Below, one piece after another: positions 9,628 through 18,160 of a stretch of 38,768 nt of DNA. Positions within the stretch are counted from its first letter, which is position 1. Every line of letters begins with the position of its first letter. Where the stretch lies: the NCBI GenBank assembly GCA_963997395.1, contig CAXEMW010000001.1, positions 1 to 38,768 on the forward strand, read 5' to 3'. Source of the DNA: an uncultured Planctomycetaceae bacterium. Its GTDB lineage: Bacteria > Planctomycetota > Planctomycetia > Pirellulales > UBA1268. The notes under the pieces are model-generated. The model made no database searches. It saw nothing but the letters and a program-made list of their open reading frames with translations, and had not been told where the DNA came from. The position numbers and the translations under genes were made by a program.

Positions 9628-10832
9628 GGCAACTCCACTTGCTCGGTCGTCCTCAAATATTTCACGAGATCGATGACCTCTTGCGGCCTCATGGCATCCA
9701 ATTGCCCATCCGGCATCATCGACTGTGGTGAAATCTTGCGGAAGTCAATATCGTCCTTAGCAATGACAACTCTCGGCTGCTCCGGTGTTCGCAAGACAAT
9801 TTTCGTGTCGTCTTCTTCAGCCAATACACCATTTACAACACGACCATCAACTGTCAGCACCGACACGGTCCTATACGCATAGGGAACATCCAAACTGGGA
9901 TACACGCTATTCAATAATATGTAATCAAGATTCGCACGATTTGCACCAGTGAGCTCAGGGCCTACGTTTCCACCTTCTCCATACAGCACATGGCAGGCGG
10001 CACACGTCTTCTGAAACACGGCCCTACCCCTTGAAGCATCTGCTGCTGCAATAGCTGCAGGATTACACAACTTTTTATATTTTTTTATGAGGTGTTCTCG
10101 TTCTGCACCAACAACCGGCAGTGCGCCGTACACCGTGGTAAACCTTTTTCCAAGAAGATTCTTTAGCGTCCGCGCCACCTGCACTGGAACCGCACTAGGC
10201 TGTATCTGATTCGACTTCAAAGCTTCCAGCAATGCTTCAGCGTAAACTTTCCTGGAGGCGAGTGTTTCGACAACTGCTCGCTTTTGCTGAGAATTTAACT
10301 CTGGATAACGTGAGATAAGTACGGCTGGCGCTTCGTCATTTCTGACCACTGCATAACCACGTATTGCACTCAGCGTCAGCGCTGGTTCATCGATGAGCAC
10401 TTTGAGCAGTTGTGAAGCCTCTTGGTTCTGCTGCTCGAGCAACAGACTCAGTGTTGAGCAGCGTTGGGCGGCGGCTACGCTTGAATCTTGAACACACGCC
10501 AAAGCACTTGCAATCGCTTTCGTATCACCAAAGATTTGAGAGATCGCCAGAGCATATTGACGCACCGAAGCACTTGTGCTGCACGCAAGTGTATTACTTA
10601 GCGTCGACCAACCCTCGGGAGCACGAACGCTCCTGCGACCTTCAAGCCCAAGGAGCATGCCCTTCAGCAGAGCGGACTGAACACTTGTGTCTGCTGTCGA
10701 CCCAACGGCAGTGACTACAAGCTGAAAAGAATCGACTTCGTCACTTTCAACCACGTCTTTACCAGCACAGTCGAAAGACAACAGGCTGAAAAGGACAAAC
10801 ACCGTTACGGCATATCGTAAATACGCTGGCAT
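9624..10832 (-). CDS. HEAT-like repeat plus c-type cytochrome domain protein (Pirellula/Verrucomicrobium-type heme-binding domain)
   Basis: 402-aa ORF with a signal peptide. It contains RGRAVFQKTCAACHVLYGEGGNVGPELTGANRANLDYILLNSVYPS, then a beta segment, then SMMPDGQL. This is the pattern normally found at the C-terminus of PVC-type heme-binding CxxCH proteins. Confidence 0.8.
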   Translation of the reverse strand: MPAYLRYAVTVFVLFSLLSFDCAGKDVVESDEVDSFQLVVTAVGSTADTSVQSALLKGMLLGLEGRRSVRAPEGWSTLSNTLACSTSASVRQYALAISQIFGDTKAIASALACVQDSSVAAAQRCSTLSLLLEQQNQEASQLLKVLIDEPALTLSAIRGYAVVRNDEAPAVLISRYPELNSQQKRAVVETLASRKVYAEALLEALKSNQIQPSAVPVQVARTLKNLLGKRFTTVYGALPVVGAEREHLIKKYKKLCNPAAIAAADASRGRAVFQKTCAACHVLYGEGGNVGPELTGANRANLDYILLNSVYPSLDVPYAYRTVSVLTVDGRVVNGVLAEEDDTKIVLRTPEQPRVVIAKDDIDFRKISPQSMMPDGQLDAMRPQEVIDLVKYLRTTEQVELP

Positions 10833-10835
10833 GGC

Positions 10836-11978
10836 TCATTCCTCAGTTGTGACACTGCATGCTGGCAAAGTAAATTCTGGCAATCGAACAATTTCACCAC
10901 CTTTAAGTGCCGATTCATGAGCACAGATACCAACGCTTGTCCAATTGGCACTCGTGAGAGCATTGGGCCACGGATCACGATCAGCGAGGATAGATGTCAC
11001 GAATTCGTGAACAAGATGTGGATGCGAACCCCCATGACCACCACCTTGCAAGAATGAGAGATGATCTGCGTCGTGAATTTCCTGTGGAAGCGTAAACCTC
11101 CGTATCGACTCCGGAAGAAGGTGAGCATAGTCGGGAACTACAATTTTTTCGGGAATCTCTGGCTCTGGCTTTTTGGCTGTATGAATAACATGGGGCTCAT
11201 TTTCAACTAATGTCCACTCAAAACTCTTTTTCGTTCCATAGACATCAAAACTCTCACGGTACTGCCTTGCAACGTCGTACAGACACCGCCAAACATGTGC
11301 AGTCAGATCACTGTCTCGCAGTTTGATATGACATGATTCAACAGCAAATTGGTTCCCAGATTTTGCAGCAATATCATCACGCACCGTACCTGAACCAAAA
11401 CAACTTACATACTCAGCAAAGTCATTGAGCAATCCAAGACAAGGACTTACAACATGCGTGGCGTAGTGCATGGGGATCATGCGTTCCCAATAATCAGGCC
11501 ATCCATCCATATCCTGAGGATGTGATGCTGCTACATGTTGAATTTTCCCAAGCTCACCTTTTTCATAGAGCTCTTTTATAAAAAGAAATTCTCGGCTGTA
11601 GACAACTGTTTCAGCCATCATGTATTTCAGGCCAGTGGTTTGTACCTTTTCAACAATCTGACGACATTCGTCAATCGTTGTTGCCATAGGCACAGTACAC
11701 ATCACGTGCTTCCCTGCATCGAGTGCTTTGAGTGACATCCATGCATGGTCAGGGATTGGACTATTGATATGAACAAAGTCGATGTCTTTGTCTGCAAGGA
11801 CATCGTCATAACTCGTATATCGTTTTTCAATACCGAATTGATCGGCAACTGCATTCAGTTCAGTTTCGTTCCGACGACAGACGGCAGCAACGTTTGCATT
11901 GGGGTGCGCCTGATATATCGGTATGAACTCAGCACCAAAGCCGAGACCAATCATGGCAACTTGTACGGGATCCGACAT
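10836..11978 (-). CDS. Gfo/Idh/MocA family NAD(P)-dependent oxidoreductase (no signal peptide)
   Basis: The ORF begins with GTG at 11984. The ATG at 11978 is preceded by GGAG at suitable spacing. A Rossmann N-terminus VAMIGLGFGAEF is present, and length and layout are typical of the family. Confidence 0.9.
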   Translation of the reverse strand: MSDPVQVAMIGLGFGAEFIPIYQAHPNANVAAVCRRNETELNAVADQFGIEKRYTSYDDVLADKDIDFVHINSPIPDHAWMSLKALDAGKHVMCTVPMATTIDECRQIVEKVQTTGLKYMMAETVVYSREFLFIKELYEKGELGKIQHVAASHPQDMDGWPDYWERMIPMHYATHVVSPCLGLLNDFAEYVSCFGSGTVRDDIAAKSGNQFAVESCHIKLRDSDLTAHVWRCLYDVARQYRESFDVYGTKKSFEWTLVENEPHVIHTAKKPEPEIPEKIVVPDYAHLLPESIRRFTLPQEIHDADHLSFLQGGGHGGSHPHLVHEFVTSILADRDPWPNALTSANWTSVGICAHESALKGGEIVRLPEFTLPACSVTTEE

Positions 11979-12129
11979 TTTCACTCCGTGTTCGCAGATG
12001 CATGACTGAAAAGTACCAATTCATGAATCATAAATGCTAGTAAAAACAATTTTGTAGACAATGTAATATCGCGCACTCTTACTGATTTATTTTACCATTT
12101 TTACTACCGTTTCTTGCTAAAATTTTTTC
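11979..12129. promoter_or_regulatory. AT-rich divergent intergenic region between the Gfo/Idh/MocA array and the XylR-like regulator; it must contain both promoters
   Basis: The flanking genes diverge, and the region is visibly more AT-rich than its flanks. Adjacent direct repeats TTTTACCA / TTTTTACTA lie at about 12090-12106. No promoter boxes can be assigned with confidence. Confidence 0.35.
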
Positions 12130-13275
12130 ATGAAACGCTCTGTCGCTCTTGTTATTGAAACAAGCAATGAATATGCACGCGGACTCCTTCGCGGCATTCT
12201 TCGATACCAGCAAGAGCACGAAAAGTGGACCATCGATTTGCCTGAGCAACATCGTCGCGCCGACCCGCCTCGTTGGCTTCGCACGTATTCTGGACATGGA
12301 ATCATAGCGCGAATTGAAACCAAATCGATTGCTCGGGCCGTGCAAGCCACTCAGCTACCGGCTATCGATGTAAGTTCCGCGCGAGAACTGTCCACCCTAC
12401 CGTGGGTCGAAACCGATGACCGCAAGATTGCGCAACTAGCCGTCCAACACTTTCTGGAAAGAGGATTTCGGCATCTCGCTTTCTGCGGTGATGGTTCATT
12501 TAATTGGTCCCGTTGGCGTCACGAGGCGTTCGTAGCCGAGGCAAAAAAAGCCGGTATCCACAGTCTGGTTTTTGATGTGGATGATGATTCAAGTGGTATG
12601 ACTTGGCCACATGCTCGCCGGCGACTTATGCGTTGGCTTGTCGAACTACCCGAGCCATGTGGCTTGATGGCAGCTTATGATTCACTTGCTCGCCGCTTGA
12701 TTGACTTATGTGCTCAAGCCTCACGGCCCGTCCCCGAATCGATTGCTATTCTCGGAGTCGATGATGATCCGTTGTTGTGCCAACTTGCCACTCCGCCACT
12801 TTCCAGTATCGTCCCTGACTCAGAAGGAGCAGGATACGCAGCCGCCGAACAACTTGACGCCATCATGTCCGGCAAAAAGATGAAACGTCTCGATACTCTC
12901 TTGCCGCCATTGGGTATCGCGACTCGTCAGTCTACCGATACGTTTGCTGTCGATGATAATGACGTATCGGTATCCGCACACTATATTCTGGCCCATGCCT
13001 GCGAGGGAATTCAGGTTGATGATGTCGTCAAACAAACACAGCTCACACGGCGAGCTCTTGAAAAAAGATTCAAAGACGCACTCGGCAAAACACCCCATGC
13101 TTTGATTATTGAAACAAGGCTTTCAAAAGCAGAGCGGTACCTTCGCGAAACCTCCCTGACTCTTGAACAGATTGCAACCCGTTGTGGATTTGAATACTCG
13201 GAATACCTGAGCGTCCTCTTCAAGAAACACCGAAACATGACACCTGGGGTATATCGGCAACAACACCGACAATAA
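12130..13275 (+). CDS. XylR-like transcriptional regulator (periplasmic-binding-protein/LacI-type sugar-binding domain fused to a C-terminal AraC-type HTH)
   Basis: 381-aa ORF. The N-terminal ~270 aa resemble a PBP1/LacI sensor (VALVIETSNEYARGLLRGI..., AILGVDDD). The C-terminus QLTRRALEKRFKDALGKTPHALIIETRLSKAERYLRETSLTLEQIATRCGFEYSEYLSVLFKKHRNMTPGVYR is an AraC-type dual HTH. Confidence 0.85.
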   Translation: MKRSVALVIETSNEYARGLLRGILRYQQEHEKWTIDLPEQHRRADPPRWLRTYSGHGIIARIETKSIARAVQATQLPAIDVSSARELSTLPWVETDDRKIAQLAVQHFLERGFRHLAFCGDGSFNWSRWRHEAFVAEAKKAGIHSLVFDVDDDSSGMTWPHARRRLMRWLVELPEPCGLMAAYDSLARRLIDLCAQASRPVPESIAILGVDDDPLLCQLATPPLSSIVPDSEGAGYAAAEQLDAIMSGKKMKRLDTLLPPLGIATRQSTDTFAVDDNDVSVSAHYILAHACEGIQVDDVVKQTQLTRRALEKRFKDALGKTPHALIIETRLSKAERYLRETSLTLEQIATRCGFEYSEYLSVLFKKHRNMTPGVYRQQHRQ

Positions 13276-13339
13276 GAATCCGCCAAGTAGATCGACATGA
13301 CTACCTGTCAACAATGAATGCACGTCATACAGTCAGCCT

Positions 13340-14782
13340 TCAAGCCGACTGTTCTTCTACAGATGTTCTGTCGTCTCTGTCCCAGAACAACAACGTGAAT
13401 GCCACCATGACACCGAGTGCGAATAAGGCTGGCACGTACCACAGCTGTGACCAATTCACCATGTCATCGGCTGAAGTGCATCGCCCCATCCACCATCCAA
13501 ATGCTTGCGCACCGATGCCAAGCCCAAAGCCCTGAGTGAGCATCACAACCAGAGATTGAGCCTGGCCTCTAACCTCCGGCTTTGCCTTCTTATCGGTATA
13601 GATCATCCCAGTCACAAAGAAGAAGTCGTAACAAATTCCATGCAGCAGGATGCCTACAAAGATTGGCAGCGTGAGCATAGGGCCGGTCTGACCAAAGGCA
13701 AAGCCCCAAAGCCCATAACGAACTGCCCAAGCCAGCATGCCAATCATGAGCATTTTCTTTACGCCGAGTCGAGCAAAACAAAATGGCATAACAAGCATGA
13801 AGAGAATTTCACTCATCTGCCCGGTACTCATGGCCCCTGTTGTAGAACCAAACAGCTTCACGCCCATCGCATCAACAAAGCCATATCCTTTCGCGTAATA
13901 GCCGGCCAGCGGAATACAAATCAGAAAAGACGCGATAGCAAAGACAAAGAATGAGTTGTCTTTCAGCAACGCCCATGCATCGACACCAAGAACTTTTGCC
14001 ACAGAAATTGGCTCCCCCTTTGCGGGTGGAGTCGTTTTCGGAAGAGTCAGGCAATACACGCCAAGAATTGCCGATGCGATTGCTGCAGCATGAAATATGT
14101 GCGGTGAATTATCTGAATACTGGATTGTGTTCATAACCGTAGCGAATGCCTGCTCAGCCGCACTACTCGCTGCCTCATTACCTCCGGCAGCCGCTTTCGC
14201 CTGCTCAAGTTGTGCTGCTGCCTGACTGATTATTTTTCCTTCACCATTAAAAAGACGACATCCCCACATCGCCCAATTCCCGGCGATCCAGCCTATCGTT
14301 CCGAGAACTCGGACAGTGGGAAAGTCTTTTTCACTGTTAACAAGATGCTTAAATGACAAACTTGCTGTAAGACCCAAGGTCGGCATGAAACACAGCATGT
14401 AGGCAAGGAGGCATAGAATCATCGGCTGCGTGAACTGACCTAAAAAACTTTCTGGTGCACCAGCACCTGCAAGAGAGGGAGCAAGCCAGAGAAGACCGGC
14501 GCCAACAATATTTAAGATCGCAAGCACATGCTCCGTGTTCATCAGGCGATCACAGATTAAACCCAGCGTTAAAGGTGCAAGTATCGCAGCAATTGGTGCA
14601 ACTGTATAAGCGGCAGCATCGAAGGATCCGCCAGGGCCTATCTCCGTCATACCTGCATCATTCAGGAAACCATACATTGCGACGTACCAAGACCCCCAGA
14701 TGAAAAACTGGAGAAACATCATGACACCCAAACGTGTCATTGGCAGTCGAACCGAAGGTGACTCCTCAGTTGGATCACTCAT
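13340..14782 (-). CDS. MFS transporter, nucleoside:H+ symporter (NHS, NupG/XapB-like) family
   Basis: 480-aa ORF that is strongly hydrophobic. The N-terminal motif MFLQFFIWGSWYV matches the NupG/XapB hallmark FLQ(F/Y)FIWGSW. It carries a ~50-aa Ala/Gln/Glu-rich insertion after the fifth hydrophobic segment. Confidence 0.8.
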   Translation of the reverse strand: MSDPTEESPSVRLPMTRLGVMMFLQFFIWGSWYVAMYGFLNDAGMTEIGPGGSFDAAAYTVAPIAAILAPLTLGLICDRLMNTEHVLAILNIVGAGLLWLAPSLAGAGAPESFLGQFTQPMILCLLAYMLCFMPTLGLTASLSFKHLVNSEKDFPTVRVLGTIGWIAGNWAMWGCRLFNGEGKIISQAAAQLEQAKAAAGGNEAASSAAEQAFATVMNTIQYSDNSPHIFHAAAIASAILGVYCLTLPKTTPPAKGEPISVAKVLGVDAWALLKDNSFFVFAIASFLICIPLAGYYAKGYGFVDAMGVKLFGSTTGAMSTGQMSEILFMLVMPFCFARLGVKKMLMIGMLAWAVRYGLWGFAFGQTGPMLTLPIFVGILLHGICYDFFFVTGMIYTDKKAKPEVRGQAQSLVVMLTQGFGLGIGAQAFGWWMGRCTSADDMVNWSQLWYVPALFALGVMVAFTLLFWDRDDRTSVEEQSA

Positions 14783-15016
14783 AGCAAGCCCTTTTTTTTA
14801 AAATATGGTTATGAAAGTACGCATACCAGCTCTGGAGCTACAAACTTTATTTGACCCCGCTCGCATGAGCATACGCTGAATAGATACACCCGCCAATCAC
14901 TATCACCGATACCGACCGACTCTTACAGGGGCAATTTCGCTCGAGTTTTCCTTGCTATGGGCCTTAAAAATGTCAAAATACAATAGTTATTTCAGTCGTA
15001 GGTCGCAGGGGTTCAC
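14783..15016. promoter_or_regulatory. Divergent intergenic region between the MFS transporter and nagB-LmbE
   Basis: A 234-nt gap between divergently oriented genes. No specific operator was recognised. Confidence 0.3.
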
Positions 15017-16993
15017 ATGCACGCTCGAACAAAAGAAACTCGGTCAAACCCAATTTATCGGGGCCCTCTTCCACATATCTCCACCATTGAGAGAGTCCCT
15101 GTAACGGTTTACGACGACTCGGGAGATGCCAATCGTGCCATTGCTCGCGAAATTGCTGCACTTATTCGTACGAGATCTGGCAAGAACCAAAAAACTGTTC
15201 TCGGTCTTGCAACGGGTAGTACACCTGTTGGGATTTATGATGAACTCATTCGTCTTCATACTGAAGAACAACTCTCATTCAAGCAGGTCATCACATTTAA
15301 CCTGGATGAGTACTGGCCAATGGAGCCAGATGCCCTGCAGAGCTACCACCGGTTCATGCGTGAACACCTGTTCGATCATATTGATATTGCCCCAGAGAAC
15401 ATTCATATCCCAAATGGACAACTTGGCCGTAACGATGTAACTGCAGCATGTGAGGCATACGAAGAAAAAATACGTGAAGCAGGTGGGATCGACTTACAAC
15501 TTCTTGGAATAGGTCGGACTGGCCACATAGGTTTTAATGAGCCGGGTAGTAGTCTTGAAAGTCGAACACGACTTATAACACTCGATAGCGTCACCCGAGC
15601 CGATGCCGCCAGCGACTTCTTTGGTGAGTGGAATGTTCCGAGACAAGCTATCACAATGGGAGTTGGCTCAATTCTTGATGCTCGCCGAATCGTTCTACTT
15701 GCTTTTGGAGAGCATAAAGCACCTATTGTTCGTCAAGCCGTTGAAGACTCTCCAAACAGTCACGTATCTGCAAGCTCTCTTCAGCAACACCCTGACGCCA
15801 AGTTTGTTCTTGACCGCGCAGCGGCTGCAAAATTAACTCGCTTCAAGTCCCCATGGCTTGTTGGCCCTCTGGAATCAATTGGACTGACATGGACTGACGA
15901 CCTTACGCGAAAGGCTCTGATTTGGCTCTCATTAAAACTAAATAAGCCAATTTTAAAGCTTACTGACGAAGACTACAACGAACATGGGCTTCAAGATCTT
16001 TTGTCAAAACGTGGACGATCCTATGACATCAACATTGAGGTCTTCCGAACTTTGCAGGACACAATCACCGGGTGGCCAGGTGGCAAGCCAGGAGAAACAA
16101 GACGGATTCGTGGACTGACTGAGTCAACGACATCAAAAGAATTCCCAAAGCGTGTTGTTGTCTTTAGTCCGCACCCAGATGATGATGTCATCAGCATGGG
16201 CGGAACCTTCATCCGCCTCTGCGAGCAAGGACACGAGGTACACGTTGCGTATCAAACAAGTGGCAACATTGCCGTGTGGGACGAAACAGCTGACGCTCAT
16301 GTAGATTTTGTTGAAGCTTTCTGCCAAACATTTGGAGTCGGACAAAAAGCGAATGAAATCGCTGAAAAGATTCGGCACTTTCTGCGCACAAAAGCAGCCG
16401 GTGCAGTTGATATCCCAGAACTGCAACAAGTCAAAGGTCTTATCCGGCGAACTGAAGCTCGAGCAGGCGCCAGGCACTCAGGTGTTCAACCTGAACGAAT
16501 CCACTTCCTCGATTTACCGTTCTACGAAACGGGCCGGGTTCGAAAAAAACCTCTTGGGCCTGACGACATTCAAATAACTGCAGACCTCCTGCATTCAATC
16601 AAACCACATCAAATTTATGCAGCCGGTGATCTGTCTGACCCTCATGGGACTCATCGTGTATGCCTCGGAGCTGTTTTTCAGGCTATGGAGACGCTTGCCG
16701 ATAATGAATGGACAAAAGCCTGCGAGATTTGGCTCTATCGAGGCGCCTGGCAAGAGTGGGAACCGCATGAAATTGAAATGGCCGTTCCACTTTCTCCTGA
16801 AGAAGTAGAACGAAAAAGAATGGCCATCTTCAAACACGAGAGCCAGAAAGATAGAGCGCTTTTTCCGGGCCCAACAGACTCCCGAGAATTTTGGCAGCGA
16901 GCAGAGGATCGAAATAAAGATACTGCTCGGCTCTATGACAAACTTGGACTACCTGAATATGAAGCGATTGAAGGTTTTGTGCTCCATCGCTGA
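15017..16993 (+). CDS. nagB: Glucosamine-6-phosphate deaminase (NagB) fused to a C-terminal PIG-L/LmbE-family deacetylase-like domain
   Basis: 658-aa ORF. The N-terminal half has VLGLATGSTPVGIYDEL, FNLDEYW and GIGRTGHIGFNEPGS (NagB/6-phosphogluconolactonase fold). The C-terminal half has VVVFSPHPDDDVISMGGT and DPHGTHRV (PIG-L/LmbE zinc-site-like motifs). Confidence 0.85.
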   Translation: MHARTKETRSNPIYRGPLPHISTIERVPVTVYDDSGDANRAIAREIAALIRTRSGKNQKTVLGLATGSTPVGIYDELIRLHTEEQLSFKQVITFNLDEYWPMEPDALQSYHRFMREHLFDHIDIAPENIHIPNGQLGRNDVTAACEAYEEKIREAGGIDLQLLGIGRTGHIGFNEPGSSLESRTRLITLDSVTRADAASDFFGEWNVPRQAITMGVGSILDARRIVLLAFGEHKAPIVRQAVEDSPNSHVSASSLQQHPDAKFVLDRAAAAKLTRFKSPWLVGPLESIGLTWTDDLTRKALIWLSLKLNKPILKLTDEDYNEHGLQDLLSKRGRSYDINIEVFRTLQDTITGWPGGKPGETRRIRGLTESTTSKEFPKRVVVFSPHPDDDVISMGGTFIRLCEQGHEVHVAYQTSGNIAVWDETADAHVDFVEAFCQTFGVGQKANEIAEKIRHFLRTKAAGAVDIPELQQVKGLIRRTEARAGARHSGVQPERIHFLDLPFYETGRVRKKPLGPDDIQITADLLHSIKPHQIYAAGDLSDPHGTHRVCLGAVFQAMETLADNEWTKACEIWLYRGAWQEWEPHEIEMAVPLSPEEVERKRMAIFKHESQKDRALFPGPTDSREFWQRAEDRNKDTARLYDKLGLPEYEAIEGFVLHR

Positions 16994-17014
16994 ATCACTC
17001 GCACAACTTTAGAA

Positions 17015-18127
17015 TCAAGGCAGTTCTCGTAAGTAGATTTCCTTGAATTCAACAGGAGCACCCTCAGACTCGAGGCACAAATAACCTGTTGATGGTGAGC
17101 AGTTACCACCACCAGAAACTTCGTGGCCGTTCACCCAGAGCCGAACCTCTTTATTGACGGCTCTCACATAGTAATGATTCCACTGGGGACTTCCTCGGCT
17201 ATGTCGAGCACTCGGAAAACTACGTGTTCCATTTGGAGAAAGCGGTGGAAACGGATTCATCTCGGACGTCCCAACTGCAAAAACATCACCATCAGTAGTG
17301 AACCAGGTAGCCTTTCGTCCAGATTTTTTCTTGTACTGCTCTGTGTACCCATGATCCAGAATCTGTACTTCGATTCCTCCACGAGGCAGTTTGCCGGGGG
17401 GCAGGTCAAGGAGTGACTCTGATGGCGCCCACAGAAAGACGCCAGAATTCCCACCAGATGACAGGTGCCGCCACTGGAGAGAGAGTTCAAAATTTTCAAG
17501 TGGCTTGTGGAACCGCGTTACACCAACAGGGTGCCCCGTACAGGACAGAACACTTTCCTTCCAACTCCATGTGTCGGCCTCACCATTTACATTCTCAAAA
17601 TCGCCTTCAACAAGAAGCTGCCAACCGCCATCCCGAGCCGACTTATCAATAATACGAACATCACCAACTGCTAACGCGGCTGACGCAATTTGTGACGATT
17701 GCCATCGAAGGAACCGCCACACATCTTTCTCCAACCGCCACACTGAAAGAGTAACAAATGTTTTTTCAAATGACTGGCCCTCATGCTGAACACCAATCTC
17801 TGCACGACCGTTAATAAAGGCTATGTCAGAACCAGAAAACGCTACTGCTCTTTCCACGGGCTGATACGCGACATATCGTATCTCCTTTTTTTCAATCAGA
17901 CTGAGCAGTGTTTCTTTTGTATCAACTGACCCTGTCGAATGTGAATATTGAAGGTCCTCTGAAAGCAGCGGCTCCAGTGATCTTGAATCTGCGGACACCA
18001 TAGCTGCAATTCGTGCATCATCAGCTGCGAGAACTTCTCTCACCCTTGAGTCTGCTGCAAAAACGGAGGCGTACGAAAAAGTGACAACAGAGAGAAACAA
18101 AGTGTGAAAAAAAGAACGAGAGAACAC
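17015..18127 (-). CDS. Exported fusion of an NTF2-like (DUF4440/SnoaL-like) domain and a DUF1080 (3-keto-disaccharide-hydrolase-like, ConA-like) domain
   Basis: The track ORF starts at TTG 18145. The GTG at 18127 is preceded by GGAGG and yields the signal peptide (M)FSRSFFHTLFLSVVTFSYASVFA. The N-terminal domain ends in the typical ...VWRLEKDVWRFLRWQSS. The C-terminal domain has GIEVQILDHGY...WNHYYVRAVNKEVRLWVNGHEV...GYLCLESEGAPVEFKEIYLRELP. Confidence 0.8.
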   Translation of the reverse strand: MFSRSFFHTLFLSVVTFSYASVFAADSRVREVLAADDARIAAMVSADSRSLEPLLSEDLQYSHSTGSVDTKETLLSLIEKKEIRYVAYQPVERAVAFSGSDIAFINGRAEIGVQHEGQSFEKTFVTLSVWRLEKDVWRFLRWQSSQIASAALAVGDVRIIDKSARDGGWQLLVEGDFENVNGEADTWSWKESVLSCTGHPVGVTRFHKPLENFELSLQWRHLSSGGNSGVFLWAPSESLLDLPPGKLPRGGIEVQILDHGYTEQYKKKSGRKATWFTTDGDVFAVGTSEMNPFPPLSPNGTRSFPSARHSRGSPQWNHYYVRAVNKEVRLWVNGHEVSGGGNCSPSTGYLCLESEGAPVEFKEIYLRELP

Positions 18128-18160
18128 CGGGACACCTCCAGACAAGAGCCACGATCGTAT

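Noticed and set aside
13505-13954. A 149-aa ORF antisense to the MFS transporter, and similar antisense ORFs at 21390..21800 and 26736..27143
   Set aside because: The reasoning is the same. All lie within well-supported genes and lack motifs or plausible starts.
16537-16544. A tRNA T-loop-like GGTTCGAA sequence
   Set aside because: It lies inside the nagB-LmbE coding frame and has no flanking acceptor or anticodon arms. No tRNA-like sequence was seen in any intergenic gap.
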